From an uncultured Bacilli bacterium (GTDB lineage Bacteria; Bacillota_I; Bacilli_A; RF39; UBA660), in the NCBI GenBank assembly GCA_910586195.1, contig CAJUHO010000004.1, forward strand, positions 9,295 to 73,294: a DNA stretch of 64,000 nt, in the 5' to 3' direction. A program made the translations under genes and the position numbers. Under the pieces are notes generated by a model that did no database searches, was not told the origin of the DNA, and worked only from the letters and a program-made list of their open reading frames with translations. This document shows positions 1 to 8,285 of the stretch, piece after piece (the stretch's first letter is position 1; every line of letters begins with the position of its first letter).

Positions 1-215
1 TTTGGCAACATTTTATCCCTGTCTACATATTTTTGTTTACCAGTAAAAGTAAAAAGTTCATGATATTTATAAAGATTTTCCATACTTTCAAAATCTCTAA
101 TACCTCTACGAAAAATATCCTTATCTTCTTTTGTAAGTTTCCTAGAATATCTAAGTGCCTTCTCATATTGTTTCTTATGACGTTTAATATTATCCATATC
201 CCAACTATATTTCAT
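1..215 (-). CDS. hypothetical protein, N-terminal part (gene runs off the window start); MKYSWDMDNIKRHKKQYEKALRYSRKL...
   Basis: Minus-strand ATG at 215 preceded by a GGGGGG RBS; open to the window edge; the + strand ORF 33..233 is its shadow. Confidence 0.35.
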   Translation of the reverse strand, partial: MKYSWDMDNIKRHKKQYEKALRYSRKLTKEDKDIFRRGIRDFESMENLYKYHELFTFTGKQKYVDRDKMLP

Positions 216-270
216 AAAAGCCCCCCAAATTGACTCTTATTATATCAAAAAAAGAACAAATAGACCATAT

Positions 271-1146
271 CTATTTATTTTCTATTTCTACAGGATTCAC
301 ATGGATTACAGTTAAATAAACCTCTGGAATCTGTTTATCAATTTCTTTTTCTAAATAATTTGCAATATCATGGCTTTCAAAAGTAGAAAGATTGCCATCC
401 ACAAAAATAGTAAATGATATTTGATACTGATATCCAACTGGCGTAGAATTAAAATGAGTCACTTTTCTAATTTCTGGATGACTATTAATAATTTGATATA
501 CTTTATTTCTTGTTTCTCCATCAATCGATTTATCCATAAGTACGTCATAACTTTCTTTAAATATCTTAAAAGCAGTTACTAAAATCCACAATGCAATTAA
601 AATTCCAACTATACCATCTACAAAATAAACTTGTCTTAAACTAAAAAGAGAAGCAATTAAGTTTAAAGTAGTAAGTAAACAATCATTTCGATGATCTTGA
701 CAATTCGCCTTAATTAGTAAATTATGATGTTTTCTATATAAAGCATTTGTATAAAGATAGAGAAAAAATTTTACTATTATGGTAATGAAACAAATAATAA
801 CTAGCCATATAGAAAAAAAATATTTTTCCTCATAAACAAAGGATAAAACAACACCCTTCATCACTTGATAGGCCATAATCATCATCACAATACTAATTAG
901 CATTGAATAAATATACTCTGCCTTTCCATGTCCCAAATTATGGTCATCATCACCAGGCCTTGAAGCAACTCGATTCCCAATAAAAGTCATAATAGAAGAA
1001 AAAATATCGCCAGCACTATTAAAAGCATCTGCAATCATAGCCTGACTATTAGTAATAAATCCAATAATAGCCTTAATAATCAATAAAATTATATTGCCAA
1101 GCATGCCCAAAATGCTTGCTTTTTTTACATCTTGAAACTTTTCCAT
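271..1146 (-). CDS. cation diffusion facilitator (CDF) family divalent-cation efflux transporter
   Basis: Six TM helices, HxxxD-type motifs (DAFNSAGD, DDDHNLGHGKAE) and a C-terminal cytoplasmic domain typical of CzcD/FieF-like proteins. Confidence 0.8.
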   Translation of the reverse strand: MEKFQDVKKASILGMLGNIILLIIKAIIGFITNSQAMIADAFNSAGDIFSSIMTFIGNRVASRPGDDDHNLGHGKAEYIYSMLISIVMMIMAYQVMKGVVLSFVYEEKYFFSIWLVIICFITIIVKFFLYLYTNALYRKHHNLLIKANCQDHRNDCLLTTLNLIASLFSLRQVYFVDGIVGILIALWILVTAFKIFKESYDVLMDKSIDGETRNKVYQIINSHPEIRKVTHFNSTPVGYQYQISFTIFVDGNLSTFESHDIANYLEKEIDKQIPEVYLTVIHVNPVEIENK

Positions 1147-1226
1147 AATTTTTCACTTCCTAAACAGTCTTTATACATTATAAATTCATTTTATTTTCTA
1201 CGCAAGAAAAAAGCACCTATAAGATG

Positions 1227-1712
1227 CTACCTACTTCTTGTATGAGAAACCTCTGTTCTTTCTCCATAATTTTTATTTCTAGTGGAAAATATCAAAGTAC
1301 GATTATCCCCATCAGCTCTTAATTCCTCTTCTAAAGAGACATTCTCTAAAAATCCACAATTTTGTGCTAATCGAATAGAGGCTAAATTGTCCTTATCTAT
1401 AGATAGATGAACATATTCACATTCTGCATCATTTTCAAAAATGCGTTCCGTTAATGTATTTACCACATAACTTGCCATTCCTTTTTGACGATACTTAGGA
1501 ATTAAAGCAATATATAGCTCTCTATCATTTAAATCATCATCCCGAACAATGTTCTTATAAAATCCAGCGAAATCATTATCATAAAATATTAATGCTGAAT
1601 CCCATTTAGAAAAACTAACATATTCGGTAATAGATTTATCTTTTAAATAATAATTAAAGTACTCATCATATGATGGATTATATGAGGCAAACTTTATTTT
1701 TGTAAAATCCAT
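1227..1712 (-). CDS. GNAT family N-acetyltransferase
   Basis: Acetyl-CoA binding motif region RQKGMASYVVNTL...NCGF at C-terminus; 161 aa. Confidence 0.65.
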   Translation of the reverse strand: MDFTKIKFASYNPSYDEYFNYYLKDKSITEYVSFSKWDSALIFYDNDFAGFYKNIVRDDDLNDRELYIALIPKYRQKGMASYVVNTLTERIFENDAECEYVHLSIDKDNLASIRLAQNCGFLENVSLEEELRADGDNRTLIFSTRNKNYGERTEVSHTRSR

Positions 1713-1783
1713 AATTTTCTCCTTGAAAACAAAACATTTATCATTCTTAGACTAACATAGGATTCCTTTATATGTCAATTGCT

Positions 1784-2137
1784 TTATTTTTTACATCGAC
1801 CATTTCTAAAATTTGCACTGATATCTTTCTCTTTCTCAATACACTCTCTTGTAAAATTTTTCATAAAACGTCCATCAAAAACATCGATTGATGTTAAATG
1901 ACCTAAATAACTTAATAAACTTGTAGAAATTGTAAACTGTTTCGTATTTCTAACCCATTTTGTCATGAAAGCAGGGTACTCACTAAGTTCACTGGCTCTT
2001 AATACAACATAGTTTTCAAACACTGAGACAATATTATCATGAAAATACGGATTTTCTTCTCTCATCTCATCAATGGAAAATAGAAAAGCCATAACTTGAT
2101 AATATGACAACCCTACAGAGTCATTTTGCATATACAT
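1784..2137 (-). CDS. hypothetical protein
   Basis: ORF of 117 aa with no recognisable motif. Confidence 0.4.
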   Translation of the reverse strand: MYMQNDSVGLSYYQVMAFLFSIDEMREENPYFHDNIVSVFENYVVLRASELSEYPAFMTKWVRNTKQFTISTSLLSYLGHLTSIDVFDGRFMKNFTRECIEKEKDISANFRNGRCKK

Positions 2138-2198
2138 CCCCCCTCTTTTAGCAGTCTATTATATCAAAAAACGTCTCATATTGCAATGCTTAATGATT

Positions 2199-3284
2199 CT
2201 ATTTAATTGTACTTACTAATTTCGTTTTCGTAATTTTTTCATATAGCATATCTTTATTAGTAAAAAAATATTTCATACTGGATAATAAATAGAATAAAAA
2301 TAGAAAAACAATAAAAATGAATCCTACAAATTCTCTAATAATATCATTACGAACATTAAAAATTATATAACTAAAAAAACAGGGAATTAATATATATATA
2401 CTTAATGCCAAAAACTTTCTCCATAATAATCTCGATTTATTTCTCTGATTGTTATAATCTAACACTTCAATATTTAAAAATTTCTCTGCAAAAGTAGAAG
2501 TGTTTAAAAAAAGTGGCACTAAAAAATAATAAATAATAGCAATAGTAATAGATAAATAAATATTATCAATAAATAAAGCAATCACAGATAACTCTATTAC
2601 TAAAAAAATAAATAAGTCTAAAAAATAGGCTGTTGTTCTTCTAAAGCCCGAAACAACTTTTCCACGCTGTCTGGCTTTTTGGTTAACCGCTTCCATTTTA
2701 GGGATAAAATAAGACAAAGGAATCACTAAGTAGTATCCTAAAAATCCACCAAATGTGTTTAAAATCAAATCATCGATATCACACAAACGATATCCTCTTG
2801 GATAAATAAAATATAGTCCACTTAATTGTGTAAGTTCAAAGAATAAACTTAACAAAAAAGAAAAGATAATTACTTTTTTCTTATTACAATTAAAATAGTA
2901 TTGTAAAAACATGCCAAAGGGAATTGTTAATATAATATTAAAAACTGGTACATAAAAGTAAGACTCCCTCATTGCAGGCAAATAAGTATCAATTTGTATA
3001 ATATTAAATGATGAATACTTAATAAAATCAATTACAAAGTCAAAAGGAACCAATTGCACTCTGGGGGTTGTAAGAAGAGCAACTTCACTAATTTTAGGCA
3101 ATGGTAAAATCACTAAAAAATAAGCACATATAAGATAATAAACAAATAAATAAGTAATAATAGATTTTAAAATAGAAATAGAGCCATATTTATGATATTC
3201 GATTAAAATAAAAGGAATAGTAAATAAAAATGCCACAAGTGGAAAAAATAAAGTTGCATATTTAATAATAGTTATATAACCCAC
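2199..3284 (-). CDS. polytopic membrane protein with VanZ-like domain
   Basis: Multiple hydrophobic helices; NTFGGFLGYYLVIPLSYF resembles the VanZ family signature. Confidence 0.5.
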   Translation of the reverse strand: MGYITIIKYATLFFPLVAFLFTIPFILIEYHKYGSISILKSIITYLFVYYLICAYFLVILPLPKISEVALLTTPRVQLVPFDFVIDFIKYSSFNIIQIDTYLPAMRESYFYVPVFNIILTIPFGMFLQYYFNCNKKKVIIFSFLLSLFFELTQLSGLYFIYPRGYRLCDIDDLILNTFGGFLGYYLVIPLSYFIPKMEAVNQKARQRGKVVSGFRRTTAYFLDLFIFLVIELSVIALFIDNIYLSITIAIIYYFLVPLFLNTSTFAEKFLNIEVLDYNNQRNKSRLLWRKFLALSIYILIPCFFSYIIFNVRNDIIREFVGFIFIVFLFLFYLLSSMKYFFTNKDMLYEKITKTKLVSTIK

Positions 3285-3412
3285 AATAAACTTTCCTTTC
3301 CTATCATAGTATCACCACATTTCTGACATAATTATACACAAATTCTATCTTTTTTAAACTTACAGTTTTGTAATAAAAAAATTATAATGAAAACACCCAC
3401 TATAATTTTTTG

Positions 3413-5110
3413 TTACCTACTATAAACATTACTATCAATAAATTGCTTTAAATATTCTCTTAAATTTTCATCACAAACATAAACATAAGTACCATAAATT
3501 CCTCGTGTCAACAAAATAGCATAAGCATTCAAAACCTCTTCATAAATTGCCTCATCCGATTTTTGGCATTTCACTGTATTATCATAGAACTTATCCTTAT
3601 CTAATTTTATTTTTTTACTTACTTTATCATAGTATAATTCTGGTCCTATGATAACTCCTATATAATTTAAATCTATACCAGAAAGCGTATAAATACTACC
3701 AATTTCCTTCTTACATTCCTCTTTTCGAATCCATCCCACTGTACATGTATTCCATTTTACTTTTTGAGAATCAACTATAAAAGTATGGGATTCTGGTGTA
3801 TTATCATTTGAAAATTCAAACGAATAACCACTAGCTATCCTACTTAACCCATATTTTTCTTCTTTTAAAGTAATAATCTTATCTAGCTCTTGATAACTTT
3901 CTACTATCCTAAAAGTATAATTTAAAAATATTTTTCGCCTAGGATTTTCCCCATATAGAATATCATAAATATAATCTACATAACCTTGCCCTGCTTGTAC
4001 TCTCATCTGCTTTTTTAACTCAATAGGACGAATTCCTCTATCGATAGTTTCTATCTTTTGATTAAAAATATCTTTAGGGATAGCAGAGGGAGAAACAATT
4101 TGACGAGAGTCATAGAACAAAATAAGGGTTTTAGATTGCATTAACAACCAATCTAACTCATCATAACTACTAGTAAGACCTAATCGTTCATTTCCCTTTT
4201 TAAAGGCACGTGCATAGCTTCTTAAATACTTAAACCTTCTCAACTTGTGTGCCTCATCACAAATAACAATATCATATTTTTTCCTTGTTAATTCCACTGG
4301 CGCTACTACACTCTTCTTACAATATTTTAAACAACTTAATGCATACTTTATCTCCTCCCTTAAAGAAGGATTCGCTACAACAATTACTATCTTTTTATCA
4401 CGATACTGTTCACTGCTCTTCAAATAATCAAATAGGGTAATAGCAAGTGCCGTTTTACCAGTACCAGGATTTCCTGTTATTCTTATAGGCCTTGCTTTAT
4501 AACTACTATCCACTGGATATGTTTCCTTAGAATCTATTACATGTACAATAGATTTTAAGGCCCTTGTTTGTTCCGAATTCAATTTTTTAAAAGGAGCTCG
4601 TTTAAATTCTTCAGAATCCAATAAATCTTTAAATTTCTTTTCTTTTACAATTCCCATCTTTTCAAGAATCAACCACAATTTATCAAATTTTAATTCATAT
4701 TGATTCTTATTATAATAAAAGTTATATTTATAACCTTCTCTTTCATTTGTTACAATATACTTTCTATCCATGCTAATAAGTACTACTAATAAATGTTCAT
4801 AATGTTTCATAATAGTTGCATTGGCATGACTATCCGTAATAATATACATAGTATGAAACTGACAATAGTTCTCCGATATATCGCCTTTATGGCTCTTCGC
4901 TCTTTCTTTTACATTAGCACTTTCTCCAATATATAAATACTTATTTCCTTCTAAAATATAAAGACAATGATAATTATTATCAATTTTCCAATTATCAAAA
5001 TCTCCAGTTTTAAAATCATAAGCCATCATCTTCATCTTAACATCCCCAATCAAAATAAGTATACAGTCTTTCACTAAAAACAAAAACCGTGTTTTACTGT
5101 ATGTTTCCAC
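3413..5110 (-). CDS. GIY-YIG nuclease domain fused to DUF2075-type P-loop NTPase (helicase-like)
   Basis: N-terminal YILEGNKYLYIGESANVKERAKSH (GIY-YIG-like); Walker A GNPGTGKT; Walker B/DEAH-like VICDEAHKL. Confidence 0.7.
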   Translation of the reverse strand: METYSKTRFLFLVKDCILILIGDVKMKMMAYDFKTGDFDNWKIDNNYHCLYILEGNKYLYIGESANVKERAKSHKGDISENYCQFHTMYIITDSHANATIMKHYEHLLVVLISMDRKYIVTNEREGYKYNFYYNKNQYELKFDKLWLILEKMGIVKEKKFKDLLDSEEFKRAPFKKLNSEQTRALKSIVHVIDSKETYPVDSSYKARPIRITGNPGTGKTALAITLFDYLKSSEQYRDKKIVIVVANPSLREEIKYALSCLKYCKKSVVAPVELTRKKYDIVICDEAHKLRRFKYLRSYARAFKKGNERLGLTSSYDELDWLLMQSKTLILFYDSRQIVSPSAIPKDIFNQKIETIDRGIRPIELKKQMRVQAGQGYVDYIYDILYGENPRRKIFLNYTFRIVESYQELDKIITLKEEKYGLSRIASGYSFEFSNDNTPESHTFIVDSQKVKWNTCTVGWIRKEECKKEIGSIYTLSGIDLNYIGVIIGPELYYDKVSKKIKLDKDKFYDNTVKCQKSDEAIYEEVLNAYAILLTRGIYGTYVYVCDENLREYLKQFIDSNVYSR

Positions 5111-5352
5111 GGTTTCATCTATATTAACACTCCATTTTTAAAGTGCCCTTTGACTTAGCACAGAAACTGAACCAGTTTCCAAATTCTAATTTTGTCTATT
5201 ATTTTTACTTTTTATTGAATACTCCTTCTGAAACCTACGAAGGTTCAAATTTATCTTTTTCTGCTAAAAGTACCATTGAGAGTAAATAACAAAATGTAGA
5301 TAATGAGCACTTTGTTTAAATTCTTCTAATACATTCTAATAAAATACTATCA

Positions 5353-5402
5353 TCTGATATGAACCCCCGTTTCTTGGACATAGAAACGAGGTTCATATCA
5401 GA
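5353..5402 (-). terminator. long perfect hairpin (13-bp outer stem plus 7-bp inner stem) just downstream of the 147-aa gene; putative terminator of the GHKL operon
   Basis: tctgatatgaacc...ggttcatatcaga with nested cgtttct/agaaacg; only a weak U-tract on the minus strand. Confidence 0.4.
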
Positions 5403-5415
5403 TTAATTTGGTATC

Positions 5416-5859
5416 TTATTTATAATATTCATTTATCTCATCATAGAGTTGGTTAATTAAATTGTGTATTTCTTTAATTTTTTCTTCTTTATTATCTCTA
5501 TCTGAACATAACAATACAATATCATCATCTATCTTGACTAATAAACTATCAATATTATTATATACAGTAATATCAATAAATTGTAAAAATTTTATTTTTT
5601 TTCTGAATTCTCCAATTGCCTTTTCAAAATCATTAGATGCTTCAGTATATACAATATTATTCTTTATATCAATAAAACTTGTAAATACATTGGGAAACGT
5701 AACAAGAAGCATCTCCTGAAAAACTGGCTGATAATAGTTTTCTTTCATTTTAAGTTTGGTCTGTTTTTTTGAAATATGATTAGTGTATATAAGTGATGCA
5801 ATAGATAAAAGAATTGCTAGAACACTGGTTACTACCTGTGCAATTTCAAATGGTGTCAT
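5416..5859 (-). CDS. small membrane-anchored protein (single N-terminal TM), third gene of the GHKL triad
   Basis: N-terminal hydrophobic helix VVTSVLAILLSIASLIY; stop/start overlap with the upstream gene (5859). Confidence 0.55.
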   Translation of the reverse strand: MTPFEIAQVVTSVLAILLSIASLIYTNHISKKQTKLKMKENYYQPVFQEMLLVTFPNVFTSFIDIKNNIVYTEASNDFEKAIGEFRKKIKFLQFIDITVYNNIDSLLVKIDDDIVLLCSDRDNKEEKIKEIHNLINQLYDEINEYYK

Positions 5860-6161
5860 TAAAATTTCAAGTTTTCCATTATCTTGGTTGTCAATTCATT
5901 TGATGAACTTTTGATTACTATATATTTGTCAATCGCATTTTTATCTATTTTACTTAATATTTCACTGAAAAAACCTTGTATAAATGATATTCCTATTTTC
6001 TTTATATGGTCTGGAAAAATTATTTCATTTTGCTCATCCCATCTAAATTTCTCCTTTGCTTGCTTTTCATATTCAACTACACCGAATAGATTTCCAGCCA
6101 ATCCAGTTATAGTTTTATCGAATTTCAAATTTATTTTATTCATTTTCTTCATTCCTTTCAT
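5859..6161 (-). CDS. DUF4325-like (STAS-like, anti-sigma-antagonist fold) small protein
   Basis: 100 aa; IIFPDHIKKIGISFIQGFFSEIL...YIVIKSSSNELTTKI resembles the DUF4325/STAS pattern; overlaps the GHKL gene end by 26 nt. Confidence 0.5.
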   Translation of the reverse strand: MKGMKKMNKINLKFDKTITGLAGNLFGVVEYEKQAKEKFRWDEQNEIIFPDHIKKIGISFIQGFFSEILSKIDKNAIDKYIVIKSSSNELTTKIMENLKF

Positions 6162-7311
6162 CCAAAATAAAACTTAAGTTATAAATTGTACCATTAAATC
6201 TATTTAAATTTTTACCTACAATTTCTGGTGATGGTATTTTTGATAAATAATCATTGTCATTATTAAATCCAATCAAACCTTCTTCTGTTAAATCCAAAAA
6301 AGGTTCTTTAAAATAAATCACATCATCACCACTTAACACATAGCAATAATCTTCTCTAGCCTTATTTTTTAATTGTTTAATTAACGTCGTAAGACCAGTA
6401 CCACCAGACCCTATAGAATTTTTCCTAGTAGTAACATATTTTTGAAATGCCGAAATAGTAGAGAATGTGTTTATATCATAATTCTTTGAAAATTGGGATC
6501 GGTGATTATCATAGGCTGTTAATACTATTTCATTTCTAGGAGAGTATGAACTTCTATTAGTATCTCCAATATATTGTTTAATATTACTTCCGATTAAAAT
6601 ATCGCTTATGGTTATTGTAGTAACATTAATATTCTTGTATTTATGTACATTATCAACAACTATTTTTATATCTAGCAAACAATCTCCATCAGAGTGTTCT
6701 AAAGAATTACCGACTATTTCTGTAATAACTTCAGATAAATCCTCAGCATATTCTTTCTCTATATTATATGCGGATAAAAAGGTTGTTATGTCTGAAAGCA
6801 ATATGGATAAAAATATTCCTACCTTATTCTCTTCATTATTAACACATAGTTTTCTAAAATGATTTCTGCATATTTGAGTTTCTTTTTCGAATGTTTTAAC
6901 GAAATTGTTATTATTTATTTTTCGAGTATTGTATTGAAATAGATTACTAGCTCTAAAATTTTCATACCCTAATAAGGTCTTATCTATAATAAATGTATAT
7001 GTAATATCGCAAATACTATTTTTTATTAAATAGTATAATAGTATTTCAAAAACAATAAGTGTTGCTTCATCTGCAATATATTTTGTATTGATAACAATTT
7101 TAAGTTCAAAATTTCTTAAATTGTTTTGCATTATATATTTTACGTGTTCTAAAAGAATAAAAATGGAAGTTGAACAAAATAATTCACCAGATATCCTTAT
7201 TTTATGTTTAAGTGGGTTTTTAACAGTACGATGGTCAACTGCATCTATTTGAGAAAAAATGTTTTCAATATTCTTCATATCACCATCATCACCACTGCTT
7301 TCTAAGAACAT
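6136..7311 (-). CDS. GHKL-type (histidine kinase/anti-sigma kinase-like) ATPase with about 200-aa N-terminal domain of unknown function
   Basis: HATPase_c N-box EIVGNSLEHSDGD and G2 box GSGGTGLTT; no HisKA/DHp phospho-acceptor His region. Confidence 0.6.
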   Translation of the reverse strand: MFLESSGDDGDMKNIENIFSQIDAVDHRTVKNPLKHKIRISGELFCSTSIFILLEHVKYIMQNNLRNFELKIVINTKYIADEATLIVFEILLYYLIKNSICDITYTFIIDKTLLGYENFRASNLFQYNTRKINNNNFVKTFEKETQICRNHFRKLCVNNEENKVGIFLSILLSDITTFLSAYNIEKEYAEDLSEVITEIVGNSLEHSDGDCLLDIKIVVDNVHKYKNINVTTITISDILIGSNIKQYIGDTNRSSYSPRNEIVLTAYDNHRSQFSKNYDINTFSTISAFQKYVTTRKNSIGSGGTGLTTLIKQLKNKAREDYCYVLSGDDVIYFKEPFLDLTEEGLIGFNNDNDYLSKIPSPEIVGKNLNRFNGTIYNLSFILDERNEENE

Positions 7312-7324
7312 TATAACATATAAT

Positions 7325-7350
7325 CAAATAAAAGTGCCTATTTTGGCACT
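7325..7350 (-). terminator. rho-independent terminator downstream of tRNA-Trp
   Basis: agtgcc/ggcact stem with an A-run on + (U-run on minus) and a T-run on +; potentially bidirectional. Confidence 0.45.
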
Positions 7351-7418
7351 CTTTTAATTGCTATCTTAATCGCAAACCCGCCTGTAAAACAACAGATTGA
7401 GTTTGCGTAATGTACAAA

Positions 7419-7492
7419 TGGCAGGGGATGAGAGAATCGAACTCCCAACAAAAGTTTTGGAGACTCCTATTATACCATTTAACTAATCCCCT
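7419..7492 (-). tRNA. tRNA-Trp: tRNA-Trp (anticodon CCA)
   Basis: 74 nt; acceptor AGGGGAU/AUCCCCU, D-arm GUUA-AAUGGUA-UAAU, anticodon loop CUCCAAA, T-loop GGGAG-UUCGAUU-CUCUC, discriminator G, encoded CCA. Confidence 0.85.
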
Positions 7493-7708
7493 ATATTATT
7501 GAGAAAACACAATGTTTTCATCGACTAAATTGTATTGATTTTTAATATTTAATATACTAGTTTTTCTCTTATTAAAAAATTTAAGATATATCAACTACTA
7601 CAGAAATATAGTAACACGAAACTGAAAACAATTCAATAAAAATCATATATTATGTTATATTTTATTCATTATAAAGGGCAAAAAGCATAACCTATATTAG
7701 GTGATAGT

Positions 7709-8137
7709 ATGAGTGTTATTAATTACACCGCAAAAGAGTTAGACCTATTAGCTAGACTTATGCGAGCAGAAGCCATTGGAGAAGGAGATTATGGAATGCT
7801 AATGGTAGGAAATGTTGGCGTTAATAGAGTTCTAACAGACTGTCTCGATTTTAAAAATATTCGAACAATTAATGATATGGTCTTTCAAAATCCAGGAGGA
7901 TTTGCAGGAATTAACAGTCCTCTTTTCTATAGCAGCGCTACAACTAAAGAAAAACAACTAGCAGAGCGAGTTTTAAAAGGAGAATATTACCATCCAGCAA
8001 CTAATGCCCTATGGTTCTATGCACCAAGTGGTAATACACCTTGCGTTGAGTTTTGGTACAATCAACGGTTTTCAGGGAAATACAAAAACCACTGTTTTTA
8101 TGAACCATATCCAAGTATTTGTATTCCCTTACATTAA
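7709..8137 (+). CDS. cell wall hydrolase, SleB/CwlJ family (spore cortex-lytic-like)
   Basis: LARLMRAEAIGEGDYGMLMVGNVGVNRV...QNPGGFAG typical Hydrolase_2 domain. Confidence 0.7.
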   Translation: MSVINYTAKELDLLARLMRAEAIGEGDYGMLMVGNVGVNRVLTDCLDFKNIRTINDMVFQNPGGFAGINSPLFYSSATTKEKQLAERVLKGEYYHPATNALWFYAPSGNTPCVEFWYNQRFSGKYKNHCFYEPYPSICIPLH

Positions 8138-8194
8138 AATTACAAATAAATAACTACTAATTAAATAACAATATTTCCTTATTACTATACTAGT

Positions 8195-8218
8195 AACTCT
8201 CACATGAGAGTTTTTTAT
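8195..8218 (+). terminator. rho-independent terminator (aactctc-acat-gagagtt plus T6)
   Basis: 7-bp stem, 4-nt loop, TTTTTTATT; lies between convergent genes. Confidence 0.6.
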
Positions 8219-8285
8219 TGTGTTTATCTATAACAATAAAAGTTATCCACAATTATTGTGAACAACTTATTCTTATACCACCTTA

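Noticed and set aside
33-233. + strand 66-aa ORF at the window start
   Set aside because: Lies antisense to a better-supported minus-strand partial ORF with a strong RBS (start 215). Composition is typical of a shadow ORF.
4245-4427. Short antisense ORFs inside larger genes (4245..4427, 5462..5719, 5884..6177, 6608..6862, 8890..9327, 8960..9217, 9512..9703, 16989..17243, 28321..28512, 28756..29177, 29816..30013, 34957..35178, 39275..39845, 42760..43106, 43975..44307, 47602..47850, 50859..51391, 53004..53195, 56476..56712)
   Set aside because: All are fully embedded antisense or out of frame within long, motif-supported CDSs in AT-rich DNA. They have no RBS and no motifs.
7503-7519. gaaaaca-caa-tgttttc hairpin upstream of tRNA-Trp
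   Set aside because: Short stem, no flanking T/A tract on either strand; likely incidental.
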